Assembly (NCBI GenBank): GCA_963783575.1
Contig: CAWAOD010000014.1
Coordinates: forward strand, 128,001 to 192,000
DNA: 64,000 bases
Direction of reading: 5' to 3'
From: an uncultured Spirochaetota bacterium
Lineage (GTDB): Bacteria; Spirochaetota; Brevinematia; Brevinematales; JAOACQ01
Both the position numbers and the translations under genes were made by a program. Below the pieces are notes generated by a model. The model did no database searches. It had not been told where the DNA came from and saw only the letters and a list, made by a program, of their open reading frames with translations. Positions 21,836-31,569 of the stretch are shown piece by piece. Position 1 is the first letter of the stretch; every line of letters begins with the position of its first letter.

Positions 21836-22906
21836 ATGGACACCATCGTAGAACAAAACAATTTTTTAACAATTAGTGTCATTATACCCGTCGGTAACGG
21901 GTATCCCTACCTTACCGACGTTTTCCAGGCGCTTAATATCCAATCACGCCGTCCCGACGAACTTATTATCGTCAATGACAGGGTAAGAGATGGTTCCCTG
22001 GATTGCCTTGATCTCCTGGATATGGAATATCGAGTGATTGGGACAAATACCGAAAATGGAAGGTATGGGGTCTCTGCTGCCAGAAACATTGGCGCGGAAA
22101 ATTCAAGTTCCGCAATTCTTGTGTTTCTGGATTCGGATGTCATTCTGCCTGATCTGTATCTGGAGAGATTGTACGAACAATTCCGTTTGCCGCGTCATCC
22201 GGAAGAACATATCGACGGCATTGTAGGAATTTCCGGCGAGGAATGCATTTTCAGGAATTTTTTAAGCAATTATAAGAATCTTTGGATGCGATATACCTAC
22301 CTGAGGTTGAAAGGTTTTATTGGGACCGTGAATACCAGCTGCTTCGCCATGAGAAGAGAGGCTTTCTTGGGCTCGGGCGGTTTTGATGAATCATTCCGTA
22401 GACCGGGTATTAAATCATGGCGCTTACCGGGTATTGAAGATTTTATTTTCGGGGATCGGCTTCGGGATAAAGGATACAATAATATCGTTGTAAAAGAACT
22501 ATACTACATACACAAGAAAAAGTATAATTTACGCTCGGCGATTCGGGTTGATTATATTAGAAGCAAAGAATTAACGGAATATTATATTCGCTTAATCTTG
22601 AGAGGGGGGAAAAAACCAAAAAATTCTATTCCGGGAAATTATTATTTAGGGATTCCCCTTTTCTATTTAGCACTCGTGTTATTACCGTTAGGATATTTCA
22701 ATCGATATATTTTTTTTATTTCCCTTTTTCTCTTCATTATCTCATCCGTGTTGGGCATGAATTTTTTATTATATGTAAAGAAAATCAAGGGTCTTCGTTT
22801 CTCCTTTAAGGCCTTTTTTTACCAGTTTATCATGTATGCATCAAGTGGAATCGGTATAGCCTTAGGAATTCTTAGTGCAATATTTCCGGAAAGATCAGAA
22901 AAATAA
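21836..22906 (+). CDS. Glycosyltransferase family 2 with C-terminal TM helices
   Basis: SVIIP, AARNIG, FLDSD, GGFDE, ED motif. Confidence 0.9.
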   Translation: MDTIVEQNNFLTISVIIPVGNGYPYLTDVFQALNIQSRRPDELIIVNDRVRDGSLDCLDLLDMEYRVIGTNTENGRYGVSAARNIGAENSSSAILVFLDSDVILPDLYLERLYEQFRLPRHPEEHIDGIVGISGEECIFRNFLSNYKNLWMRYTYLRLKGFIGTVNTSCFAMRREAFLGSGGFDESFRRPGIKSWRLPGIEDFIFGDRLRDKGYNNIVVKELYYIHKKKYNLRSAIRVDYIRSKELTEYYIRLILRGGKKPKNSIPGNYYLGIPLFYLALVLLPLGYFNRYIFFISLFLFIISSVLGMNFLLYVKKIKGLRFSFKAFFYQFIMYASSGIGIALGILSAIFPERSEK

Positions 22907-22936
22907 ATAAAAAAAACTTAAATTAGGAAGGATCAT

Positions 22937-23626
22937 ATGTTTTTAAAAAAAATATGGAAAGAATTGCCATCACTGCTTTGTTTGTTCGTCGCATGCATAC
23001 TCTCACTGATCATTTTTAAAAGTCTGCATAATTCCTTGGAAATACCCAGCATCTGGGTTTTCCTGTTTAAATTACTTCCCTTTATCTTCGCGCTGGCGTT
23101 TATCTCGCTTTTCCCATTCGACAAGTTCAAAACTCCACTGAAATTGCTGCTGATACTATTCGCGTTCGCTGTTATCTTCAGCTATTGTATCGGTAAGCTC
23201 ATTTATTACTTTGTGGATAAACCGGTTTATGTGGAATTTTATCTTTTGTTGCAAATTATGACGCCTCTCATCATTTTATCCCTAGCCTTGGCCTTGCGCT
23301 GCGGTGGGATGGACACCAAGGATGTCGCCATTTTCGGCGTCACAGGTATAATTCTCATGGTATCAGGAATAGAAGACCTGGTGTCCCAAATTGTCAGGGT
23401 TATTATCGTGCCCGGGTATACCATACCTGAAACCTGGAATTGGGCCCGGCACATAACAGTATTTTTAGGCCATGTTACTACGAAGAATGAAGCATATGTT
23501 TTCATATCCATTCATTTCGTGATTATTTTCTTCATTTTATATTTCGCGTATACAAAAAACAATCCTTATACGTGGATCATAAAAAATATAGTCGGCCGGC
23601 GACAGGCGGGCAACGGAGATCAATAG
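22937..23626 (+). CDS. Integral membrane hypothetical protein
   Basis: Several hydrophobic helices; sits between two GT2 genes. Confidence 0.7.
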   Translation: MFLKKIWKELPSLLCLFVACILSLIIFKSLHNSLEIPSIWVFLFKLLPFIFALAFISLFPFDKFKTPLKLLLILFAFAVIFSYCIGKLIYYFVDKPVYVEFYLLLQIMTPLIILSLALALRCGGMDTKDVAIFGVTGIILMVSGIEDLVSQIVRVIIVPGYTIPETWNWARHITVFLGHVTTKNEAYVFISIHFVIIFFILYFAYTKNNPYTWIIKNIVGRRQAGNGDQ

Positions 23627-23672
23627 AGAAGCTAAACCCGTTTATTCCGGTTATGAGCTCAGGAGGTGTCAT

Positions 23673-24428
23673 ATGAAGGACGATAACATATATCAGTATA
23701 GTATTGTAATAGCGGCGAAGAATGAGGAGTCGACTATCGGGTCTGTCCTCGCGCCGCTCTGCAAGATGACTGACGATCTCATCGTCGTGGACGGACATTC
23801 GAAGGACAAAACCGTTGAAATAGCTGGCAGTTACGGAGCAAGAATTTTTCAGGAGAACGGGCCAGGCAAGGGATATGCTCTCAGAGTCGGATTAAGCCAT
23901 GTTAAGCATGGGATCACTGTCTTTATTGACGCGGACGGCTCTCACGATCCCGACGACATCCCCAAACTGGTGGAACCGATCATCAAGGATGAGGCGGACC
24001 TTGTCATGGGATCTAGAATGCTGGGTGGCAGTGAGGAACTTTTTTCCTCCCTCTATGAAATGATCCGCTTAATAGGCAGCATGGTTTTCAACCTTTTCAT
24101 AAACAGTAAGTACGGATTACATCTCACAGATTATCATAATGGTTTTCGGGCCATCAAAACGGATTTGGCCAGGGAAATCAATCTGAAAAGTAAAATCTTC
24201 ACCATCGAGATGGAAATGAGCATAAGGTGTCTGCAGTACGGTTACCGGGTTACGGAGGTACCCACCCATGAATATCAAAGAAAAGGCGGAAAATCAAAGA
24301 TCCATCTCAGAAGAGTCTTGCTTAAATATTTATGGTTTCTGTTAACGGAATTTATAAAACCGAAAAGACTAAATAGAAAAAGGCGTGTGGGCGAAGATAT
24401 TAATCAGTTTGACGATCATGTCGTCTGA
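23673..24428 (+). CDS. GT2 glycosyltransferase, DPM-synthase-like
   Basis: VVDGHSKDKT, GKG, FIDADGSHDP, GSR, GFRA, R.GG.SK. Confidence 0.9.
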   Translation: MKDDNIYQYSIVIAAKNEESTIGSVLAPLCKMTDDLIVVDGHSKDKTVEIAGSYGARIFQENGPGKGYALRVGLSHVKHGITVFIDADGSHDPDDIPKLVEPIIKDEADLVMGSRMLGGSEELFSSLYEMIRLIGSMVFNLFINSKYGLHLTDYHNGFRAIKTDLAREINLKSKIFTIEMEMSIRCLQYGYRVTEVPTHEYQRKGGKSKIHLRRVLLKYLWFLLTEFIKPKRLNRKRRVGEDINQFDDHVV

Positions 24429-24798
24429 CAAAAGGCGGAGATTTGCCTCTCAATAATTATCTAAAGAAAATAATAAAAAATTTGAATTTCAAACAGGTGT
24501 GATTTTAGTCACACCATAAATTCCAAAATCTGCAGGATTTCATCTTTTCCCAAATCCTTCAATTCTTCAGCAGCTGCTGTTGAGTTATAAAAATATTGTG
24601 TAATGGGTAATCGATGATAAAGCATTTGCCGTAATAGTTGTTATTTTCATGTAAAACATAGTTGTATAATAGATCATTATTATAATCTGCTATCAAATTT
24701 AAGGTAAAGTTGAACCTAATGAAATCACCAATATTGAAAATCTCATATTATCATTGTTGAAAGAATCGTAATAGTCATTAAAAAATTATGAGGTAAAA

Positions 24799-25613
24799 AT
24801 GAAACCAAAATTTTATCCCGTTACAAAAATATTTTATTTTTCAAGTACTGGGAACAGTTTAATGGCTTCAAGGAAGATAGCAGAATATTTGGGTAATACG
24901 CAAATATTTAATATACCAAAATGTATAAATACTGAGATTGATTTTTCCGCCAATAGAATTATTGTTGTTTTCCCAGTTTATATGTGGGGGCTACCAAATA
25001 TAATTTTCAGGTTTTTTGAAAAAATTCAATTATCTGAAAAAACCCAACTTATCGCGGTCGCTACTAATGCCGGGCTTGCTGGTGATCCATTCAAACAGGC
25101 GAAAAAAATTTTAATAAAGAACAATCAGAAATTAAATTATGGATTTCTTATCTGGATGCCGGAGAATTTCACTCCCAGATACCCTGTCTCGCCATTATGG
25201 CTTCAGAAACTATCTCTTAGATTATCTGATAGAAAAATCAATCGAATTTGTAAAATAATACAAAATAATAAATCGTCAGGAACTTATGAAAAAAGCCACT
25301 TTGGTATTAATTGGTTTTTGACTTATATGCATAATTATATGATAAATATGATATGGGGTTCAAAACCATTATTGGCAAAAGATTATTTCTGGACTACTGA
25401 AAAATGTAATGGATGTGGTATCTGCACTAAGTCTGCCCAGTTGAAAATATTAATATTAAAGATGGTAAACCAATATGGGGAGATCATTGTGAACTCTGCG
25501 TTGGCTGTCTTCAGTGGTGCCCAGAAAAAGCCGTTCAATTCCTAAAGTCCACAATTAAAAAGGGAAGGTATCATCATCCAGGAGTTTTATTAAAAGATAT
25601 GATAATTCGTTAA
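24799..25613 (+). CDS. EFR1-type flavodoxin-ferredoxin protein (frameshift near 25430)
   Basis: YFSSTGNS, FPVY, MPEN; CNGCGIC..VCP and CELCVGCLQWCP in the shifted frame; GRYHHP tail. Confidence 0.85.
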
Positions 25614-25689
25614 ACACAAAAGATCATACATAAATCCTTGAGAAAAGCCAAGTTTTCAACAACCGGATCCGGTTTTCTTATGGAGAACA

Positions 25690-26058
25690 TTAAAGTAAAA
25701 CATTTTTTGTTTTCGAGGGGTTTAGATGCTGGTAAACCTGCTTCTTAATTCCAAGCTGTGATTTGGATAAATTGTTTAAATTGTTTGTCTGGAAATATTC
25801 AACCCAAATCCTGTCATATGAATTTGACTCTTTCTTAAGCTGAATTACTTTCTCATGATTCAATTCAGTGGAGTTGTTATTAATATTTAAACTTAATTTA
25901 GAAGAGAAAAGCTCAGGTTGTATTTGATAGACCAGATAAGACTGGTATAATTCAGTAGCCAGAATTTTGTTTTTTGTTTTCAAGCTCAGTGTTTTAAGTT
26001 TTCCATTTCTGATAATCCTTACATAATAAAAACCATTGGATCTTTTAATTAAACCCAT
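25690..26058 (-). pseudogene. Tyrosine integrase N-terminal fragment
   Basis: MGLIKRSNGFYYVR...SLKTKNK..A arm-binding-type N-terminus with GGAGG RBS, adjacent to the att site; no catalytic domain. Confidence 0.6.
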
Positions 26059-26173
26059 AGTAACCTCCCAAAATTAAAAATGAGTGGTTACAAATCGTAT
26101 ACAAATCGTACACACTTAATCCCATGATTTTTCTAACTATTTGATATGATAAGAATTAGAGTAAGAAAGGTAT

Positions 26174-26190
26174 CGGAGAGAGGGGGATTT
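26174..26190 (-). repeat. att site: copy of the tRNA-Ser 3' end
   Basis: CGGAGAGAGGGGGATT identical to 44710-44725. Confidence 0.85.
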
Positions 26191-26317
26191 TAATACCACG
26201 TAATATCTTACCCCGTATAGAATAACAAGACTTCAATAATATTTTACTGGCACCTGGCTGACAGAAAAATTCATTAAAATATTTTTAAGTTATTGTTAAG
26301 GCAGATGAAATGTCAAT

Positions 26318-28807
26318 CTATCCATTTATCTCATAACCAATCGCTTTGTAACCTTTCAGTCTTTTTTCAAACATCCTCTTTAACACTGGTTCATTTATAT
26401 CTGCATAATCATAAACTATTAATTCTTTTTTTGCGTGATGATTCCTCTGGAGTCTTCCGACATATTGTTCCAGTGTACCTCGCCAGGATATCGGCATTGC
26501 AAGGAAAAGAGTATCAAGCCTTGCATTATCAAATCCCTCTCCTATGTATTTCCCTGTTGAAATAATTATTCTTGGTTCATTGTCTGATAAATTGGCAAGC
26601 ATATCCAGTATTTCCTCAAGCTTCTTTTTACCCATACCGGCGCGAAGTACAATTATATTTTTGACGGCTGGTCTTAATTCTTTTTCAAAGAAATCCACAT
26701 GTTCTTTTCTTTCGGTAAGAAGGAGGGGAATTCTCTTATTTTCTAATGCTATTAAAACATCTTTAAGAATAAATTGGTTTCTGTTATTATCCTGAATTAA
26801 CTCTGAATAAATATCCTGAATGCTTTTATCATTTTGATTAGTGAAAAATCCCGAATAGGAACAAAAATTAGTATATTTTGGAATAACTGTGTGTTTCAAA
26901 ACCTTCTGATCAGCAATTTCTTTATTCTGTATTTTGAAACGGATTGGTCCGCACTGCATGAACAGGATAGGGTGGTGTCCATCCTTACGGATAGGAGTTG
27001 CAGTAAGGCCAAGTATAAATTTTGCTTTAACTCTTTTCATCACCTGCTCAAAACTAAATGCAGAAATATGATGGCATTCATCCACAATCACAAGCCCGTA
27101 TTCACTGACAATATTTTTAATTTTTCCATTTCGGTTTAAAGTTTGCAGCATGGCAATATCTACTATTTTTGTCGATTTATCCTTACTACCGCCAATCTGT
27201 CCAATTGATTTATCATTCAGTTCCAGAAATAATTGTAATCTTTGTTTCCATTGTTCCATCAATTGTTTTCTATGAACCAATATCAGGGTACTTACTTTTC
27301 TTTCTGCTATAATCGCTGCTCCAACCACCGTTTTACCGAAAGCTGTTCCTGCCGATAAGATTCCTATATCATATTTAAGCATCGATTTTAAAGCATCTTC
27401 CTGAATCGGGCGGAGCACACCTTTAAAATTTACTTCAATCGGAAAACCGATATTCCTTTTATCCTCTAAATTTACTTCAATTCGATTTATTTTTGCAAAT
27501 TCTGTCAAATCATCCAGACAACCCCTGGGGATACCTATATGGTTCGGGTATTCTTCGGTCGAACAGATTATCCTGGGTTTGCCGAAGGTATTGATACGCA
27601 TTGCCTGTGCTCTGTAAAATTCAGGGTTTTGAAATGCTGCTAATTTCCGTAATCTATTAATAAGGATAGAAGGAAGATTCCGTATATCAATAAAAATCAT
27701 ATTAGACAATACGGCGCCCAATTTATCCGGTAGATTATAGCAAATTAATGGTTCGTCTAAAGCCGGAGTCGGGACAATATTCCATGGTTCCAATTCATCA
27801 TCATTTAAGTGTGTTTGAATGGCAAAATAAGAAACTTGCAGATATTTCTCAGAAACTATTTGATTGATATCCGATTGGGACATTTTTTTGACCTGAGCTA
27901 AAAATGCCCATTGATCTGGAAAAGGTAAAGTAGATTCATTAATGAAGACACTATTTCCTTCCATTCTTGGCTTATATTGGAGAGGCATTGCGATCAGATT
28001 TCCGAAACCGCCTTTCGGTATTGTATCCTGGTTTGGAAAAAATCGGTCATAAGATGATAAGCTGATCTGATGTCTGCTGTCTATTGTTTTAGTCAGTATA
28101 ATAAAACCAAGTTTTCTGGCCTGGAATACTGGAATTTTTGTCTCAAAAAATATCCAGATATGCCCGCCATTGCCTGAACGTGAACGCTCAAGATATGCGG
28201 GGATGTTCAATTCCCTGCACACTTTCAAAAAGGCATAAGCATCTTCCTGCCATTTGAGGCAAGCTTCTTTATCATCAAAATCACATACCAGAAAGAAACA
28301 TTTTTCATCCTGAAGCATCGGAAATACACCGGCAGTTAATTTCCCGGAGAGATGGTCTGAGATAACTTTATCTGTAAGAGGAGCATATTTCTTATTTTCA
28401 CATTCACTACATTTTAAAGCCGGTTTCCGACAGAATTTCTTATCCCATTCATTGACGCAAACAGGAGAATACCCTGATTTTCCCTTTTGATTTTCCCATC
28501 TTGAAGGATAAACGTCTTCCCTTCCTTTAAATAGACTCCTGAAAAGCATTATTTTCAATTTATTATCAGATTGTTGATCAATAATTAACTGAGTATTTAA
28601 TAAATCTTTAGAATTAATGGCGTTTATTAAAAAGCTTTTTTTCTTTTCATCCTGATTAATTGGTCCGGGATTGTTTTTATCGATTTTCTTAATCGATAGT
28701 AAATTTCTTAATCTATAATTTTCTTCTTTTAATGTTTGATTATCAAGACTAAGTGCAGATAATTGTTTTTTCAATTCATTTAATTCTTTGCATTCGGTTT
28801 CAGTCAT
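26318..28807 (-). CDS. Archaeo-eukaryotic primase (TOTE-type) fused to SF2 helicase
   Basis: AEP motifs LFKGREDVY, CDFDD, SRSGNGGHIWIFF, DRFFPNQD, GFGNLIA; helicase motifs TAFGKT, DECHH, GLTAT, QYVGRLQR. Confidence 0.88.
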   Translation of the reverse strand: MTETECKELNELKKQLSALSLDNQTLKEENYRLRNLLSIKKIDKNNPGPINQDEKKKSFLINAINSKDLLNTQLIIDQQSDNKLKIMLFRSLFKGREDVYPSRWENQKGKSGYSPVCVNEWDKKFCRKPALKCSECENKKYAPLTDKVISDHLSGKLTAGVFPMLQDEKCFFLVCDFDDKEACLKWQEDAYAFLKVCRELNIPAYLERSRSGNGGHIWIFFETKIPVFQARKLGFIILTKTIDSRHQISLSSYDRFFPNQDTIPKGGFGNLIAMPLQYKPRMEGNSVFINESTLPFPDQWAFLAQVKKMSQSDINQIVSEKYLQVSYFAIQTHLNDDELEPWNIVPTPALDEPLICYNLPDKLGAVLSNMIFIDIRNLPSILINRLRKLAAFQNPEFYRAQAMRINTFGKPRIICSTEEYPNHIGIPRGCLDDLTEFAKINRIEVNLEDKRNIGFPIEVNFKGVLRPIQEDALKSMLKYDIGILSAGTAFGKTVVGAAIIAERKVSTLILVHRKQLMEQWKQRLQLFLELNDKSIGQIGGSKDKSTKIVDIAMLQTLNRNGKIKNIVSEYGLVIVDECHHISAFSFEQVMKRVKAKFILGLTATPIRKDGHHPILFMQCGPIRFKIQNKEIADQKVLKHTVIPKYTNFCSYSGFFTNQNDKSIQDIYSELIQDNNRNQFILKDVLIALENKRIPLLLTERKEHVDFFEKELRPAVKNIIVLRAGMGKKKLEEILDMLANLSDNEPRIIISTGKYIGEGFDNARLDTLFLAMPISWRGTLEQYVGRLQRNHHAKKELIVYDYADINEPVLKRMFEKRLKGYKAIGYEING

Positions 28808-28821
28808 GAAATACCTTGATT

Positions 28822-29207
28822 TTAAGCTTTTATCTTTTTTAAAATAAACTGTTTTACATTGTTGGCTAAGTCATAAGCTTTGATTGATTCTGCAAGGCTG
28901 GTGTGTAAAAATCGTCGGGATAACGGACGGAGATAGCATAATCTGTCAAATTACCGATATCCATTTTTCTAAAATCTTTATCTAAATCTATACAAATTGT
29001 TAACAAATACTCGAGATCGTGGGATTTTGGGATATTTACACTTTTTGTTAAAAGATAGGCTTTTATATATTTTTCAGCGGCTTGCTGTGAGTGAAAACAA
29101 ATAGCTCCGGTAGCTCTTTCTTCTTCCTCCTGGTTCATCTCATGCCTTACAACTTTTAAATCTTCATCGGCTTTTTTTATCCAATTATTTATTACTTCTT
29201 CATTCAC
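28822..29207 (-). CDS. HEPN-domain protein (frameshift near C-terminus)
   Basis: KADEDL, FHSQQAAEKYIKA, SHDL, RYP; shifted frame continues SLAESIKAYDLANNVKQFI. Confidence 0.85.
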
Positions 29208-29560
29208 AGCAAAACACCTTCCTTCAATGCCTGATAGGTTACTGTTCCCATTAAATTTTTATATTTTTCTATTTCTTGTTTAGAATGGATAATAATATCT
29301 GTCCCAATTGCCGGTATATGATTCTCAATATAAAACTGGGCCAACCGCTCTCTTATTTTCTTCATAACTTGAAGACTCAAATTTCTATCCTGATAGTTTT
29401 TTGTGATCAGTAATAAATCGTAATCAGTCTGTTTATCTGCATCTCCAGTTGCTTTTGAGCCAAAAAGATAAATTTTATAAACTGGAGAACCATAATCATT
29501 CATGGTTGAAATTACAATGTGCTTGAGTTGTTTTAAATTTTTATCCATAATCTTCTCCAA
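29204..29560 (-). CDS. Minimal nucleotidyltransferase (MNT)
   Basis: IYLFGSKATGD....DYDLL and C-terminal KEGVLL; overlaps the HEPN start. Confidence 0.88.
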   Translation of the reverse strand: MEKIMDKNLKQLKHIVISTMNDYGSPVYKIYLFGSKATGDADKQTDYDLLLITKNYQDRNLSLQVMKKIRERLAQFYIENHIPAIGTDIIIHSKQEIEKYKNLMGTVTYQALKEGVLL

Positions 29561-29756
29561 TATTATTATAAACTATAACTTATTTATCTGACAAGAAAAA
29601 GAATGATAAAAATTTTGGAATGATATGATAAATTTCTACCAAAATGAACCAATCTAACCAAAAAATTTCATTGTAAAATAAGGAGTTATGAATTTTAAAG
29701 TTATTATGGGCGACAAAATGTTTGTGTAATTTATTGGCATGTATAGAGTTATATGA

Positions 29757-29779
29757 TTCGGAGAGAGGGGGATTTGAAC
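29757..29779 (-). repeat. att site: copy of the tRNA-Ser 3' end
   Basis: TTCGGAGAGAGGGGGATT(T)GAAC matches 44708-44730 with one mismatch. Confidence 0.9.
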
Positions 29780-30034
29780 AGACTGTATATCTATGATATA
29801 TAAAGAGTAACAAAACTTCCAAAAAATTTCACTGACACCTGACTGACAGTACGAAACATGTGTTTTTTACCAAATCACGAAAAAAATTATAAAAATAATT
29901 TTTAGTGAAAATTAAATACAAAATAGTTTGCATGTTGCGCTTTGTGTTTGAATTTTCAGGTCGTGTCAAATAATTGAATTTATTTTAAAATTTAAAACAT
30001 TAAGTTTGAAATTATACATATTGTCAAAACCAGC

Positions 30035-30409
30035 TTAATTATCAGCAGTTAAATCTTTCAATTTTCTAGATTTCTTTTTATCAGATTGAAAGTGTTTATC
30101 CTTTAAAATCTTTTCCTTAATACCTTCGGGCTTATTATTGATCTTCTTTTTTCTTTTTTCTATTTCGAGATCCCTTTTTAATTTTTCATTTTTATCAGAA
30201 AGTTTTGTTATCAGTCTAGAAAGAGCGGTCTTTTTATTTTCAAACTGATCCCGTGAATCCTGCACACGAAAACGGATGCCTGACGAAGGGTGGTAAACCT
30301 GGATTGCAGATGATGTTTTATTTATATGCTGACCGCCCGGCCCGGAAGCAAGTACAGCCTTCATTTTCATTTCCTGTAAAACAATATTAGGATTTAAATC
30401 AAATAACAT
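30035..30409 (-). CDS. Peptide chain release factor-like protein (ArfB/YaeJ-like)
   Basis: SGPGGQHINK GGQ motif, SRDQFENK, Lys-rich C-terminal tail. Confidence 0.85.
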   Translation of the reverse strand: MLFDLNPNIVLQEMKMKAVLASGPGGQHINKTSSAIQVYHPSSGIRFRVQDSRDQFENKKTALSRLITKLSDKNEKLKRDLEIEKRKKKINNKPEGIKEKILKDKHFQSDKKKSRKLKDLTADN

Positions 30410-30415
30410 AAATGA

Positions 30416-30700
30416 TTAATAATGATGAAGTTCAAGTTCTTCTTCCATAAGAACAAATGGTTTTCCTGTTGCTTTTATATAAAGTGTTTCAGGTGCAATA
30501 TCTATTTCCCCATTTCCCCAAACAAGTGTTCCAAATTCAACCTTAAAATTTTTGAAGTATTCAGCATCTCTAAACTGATTGAAAACTTCTCCATTATTAA
30601 CATACCAGGTATGATCGGCAATTCCTGTTGAACCATCCTGGAATGTCAATTCAATTTGATAATCTTTTATATAATACGCTTTTATTACATTGAAATTCAT
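30416..30700 (-). CDS. DUF2442 family protein
   Basis: YQIELTFQDG and GTLVWGNGEIDIAPETLY. Confidence 0.85.
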   Translation of the reverse strand: MNFNVIKAYYIKDYQIELTFQDGSTGIADHTWYVNNGEVFNQFRDAEYFKNFKVEFGTLVWGNGEIDIAPETLYIKATGKPFVLMEEELELHHY

Positions 30701-30712
30701 AAGTTTTATCTC

Positions 30713-30972
30713 CTATTTTAAGGTTAGATTACAAAAGTATACTTTAGAATTGCTGCTAACTCCCAGTTTTCTAACAATTCCTCTTTATGCAATTCAGCCC
30801 ATTCTATAATCAATCCCAATGCTTTGGCGGAAAATATCCTTTTTAAAATCCTGAAATTCTGTATGGATATCAAAACCTCAAATTCATTATAAAACTCATG
30901 AAAATGCGGAGGGTTCTAATCGTCAGAAAACATCCTGATAATTATACCATAAAACTAACTAATTTCAGGCAT
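30713..30972 (-). pseudogene. DUF4160 family pseudogene
   Basis: MPEIS*FYGIIIRMFSDD*NPPHFH...EWAELHKEELLENW; two in-frame stops plus a frameshift. Confidence 0.85.
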
Positions 30973-31396
30973 CCTTGCCCCATACTATATCTTTATATAT
31001 ATATATTCAATATCGCCGCAAATCTGATTTCATTATAATTCAAACATTAATTACAGGCAAATTTCTAGCAAAATGAGCAAAATCAGCGAAAAAAAACCAG
31101 CGAAAAAAAAATGCAGCAAACCAAATAAATATTAATATAAGCGTCTAAATCATGAGCTTCTTTTTATGTCTCTTATTCATTATTCTTTTTTTTCCCTTTT
31201 TCCAGCAGGTTTGATATGTTACCAAATAATTTATGGCCCTGATCCTTTATATTAAATTAAATGAATTCTAATAATAGTTAGGGTATTTTTATCAAAAAGA
31301 AGGAAATTTTACAAGTTAATAAGGGTATTCATAAAAAATTCATCAGAATATATTTTTTTATTAAGTGAATATTATGAGATCTTATAATAATTTAAT

Positions 31397-31446
31397 TTGA
31401 CAATATACAATATATAAATTAATATTACTCTGAAATTAAAAGTACT
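31397..31446 (+). promoter_or_regulatory. Putative sigma70 promoter with adjacent palindromic operator
   Basis: TTGACA-17 bp-TAATAT followed directly by the imperfect palindrome TACTCTGAAATTAAAAGTA. Confidence 0.5.
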
Positions 31447-31569
31447 CTTAATATATTATTAAAAAACAGAAAAAAATTATAATAGTTGAAAGAAATATAC
31501 TGGCGTTTTGGCAGTATTATGATATCTTGTAATTAATTATTTTGATAAACTAATTGAAAAGGAGATAAC

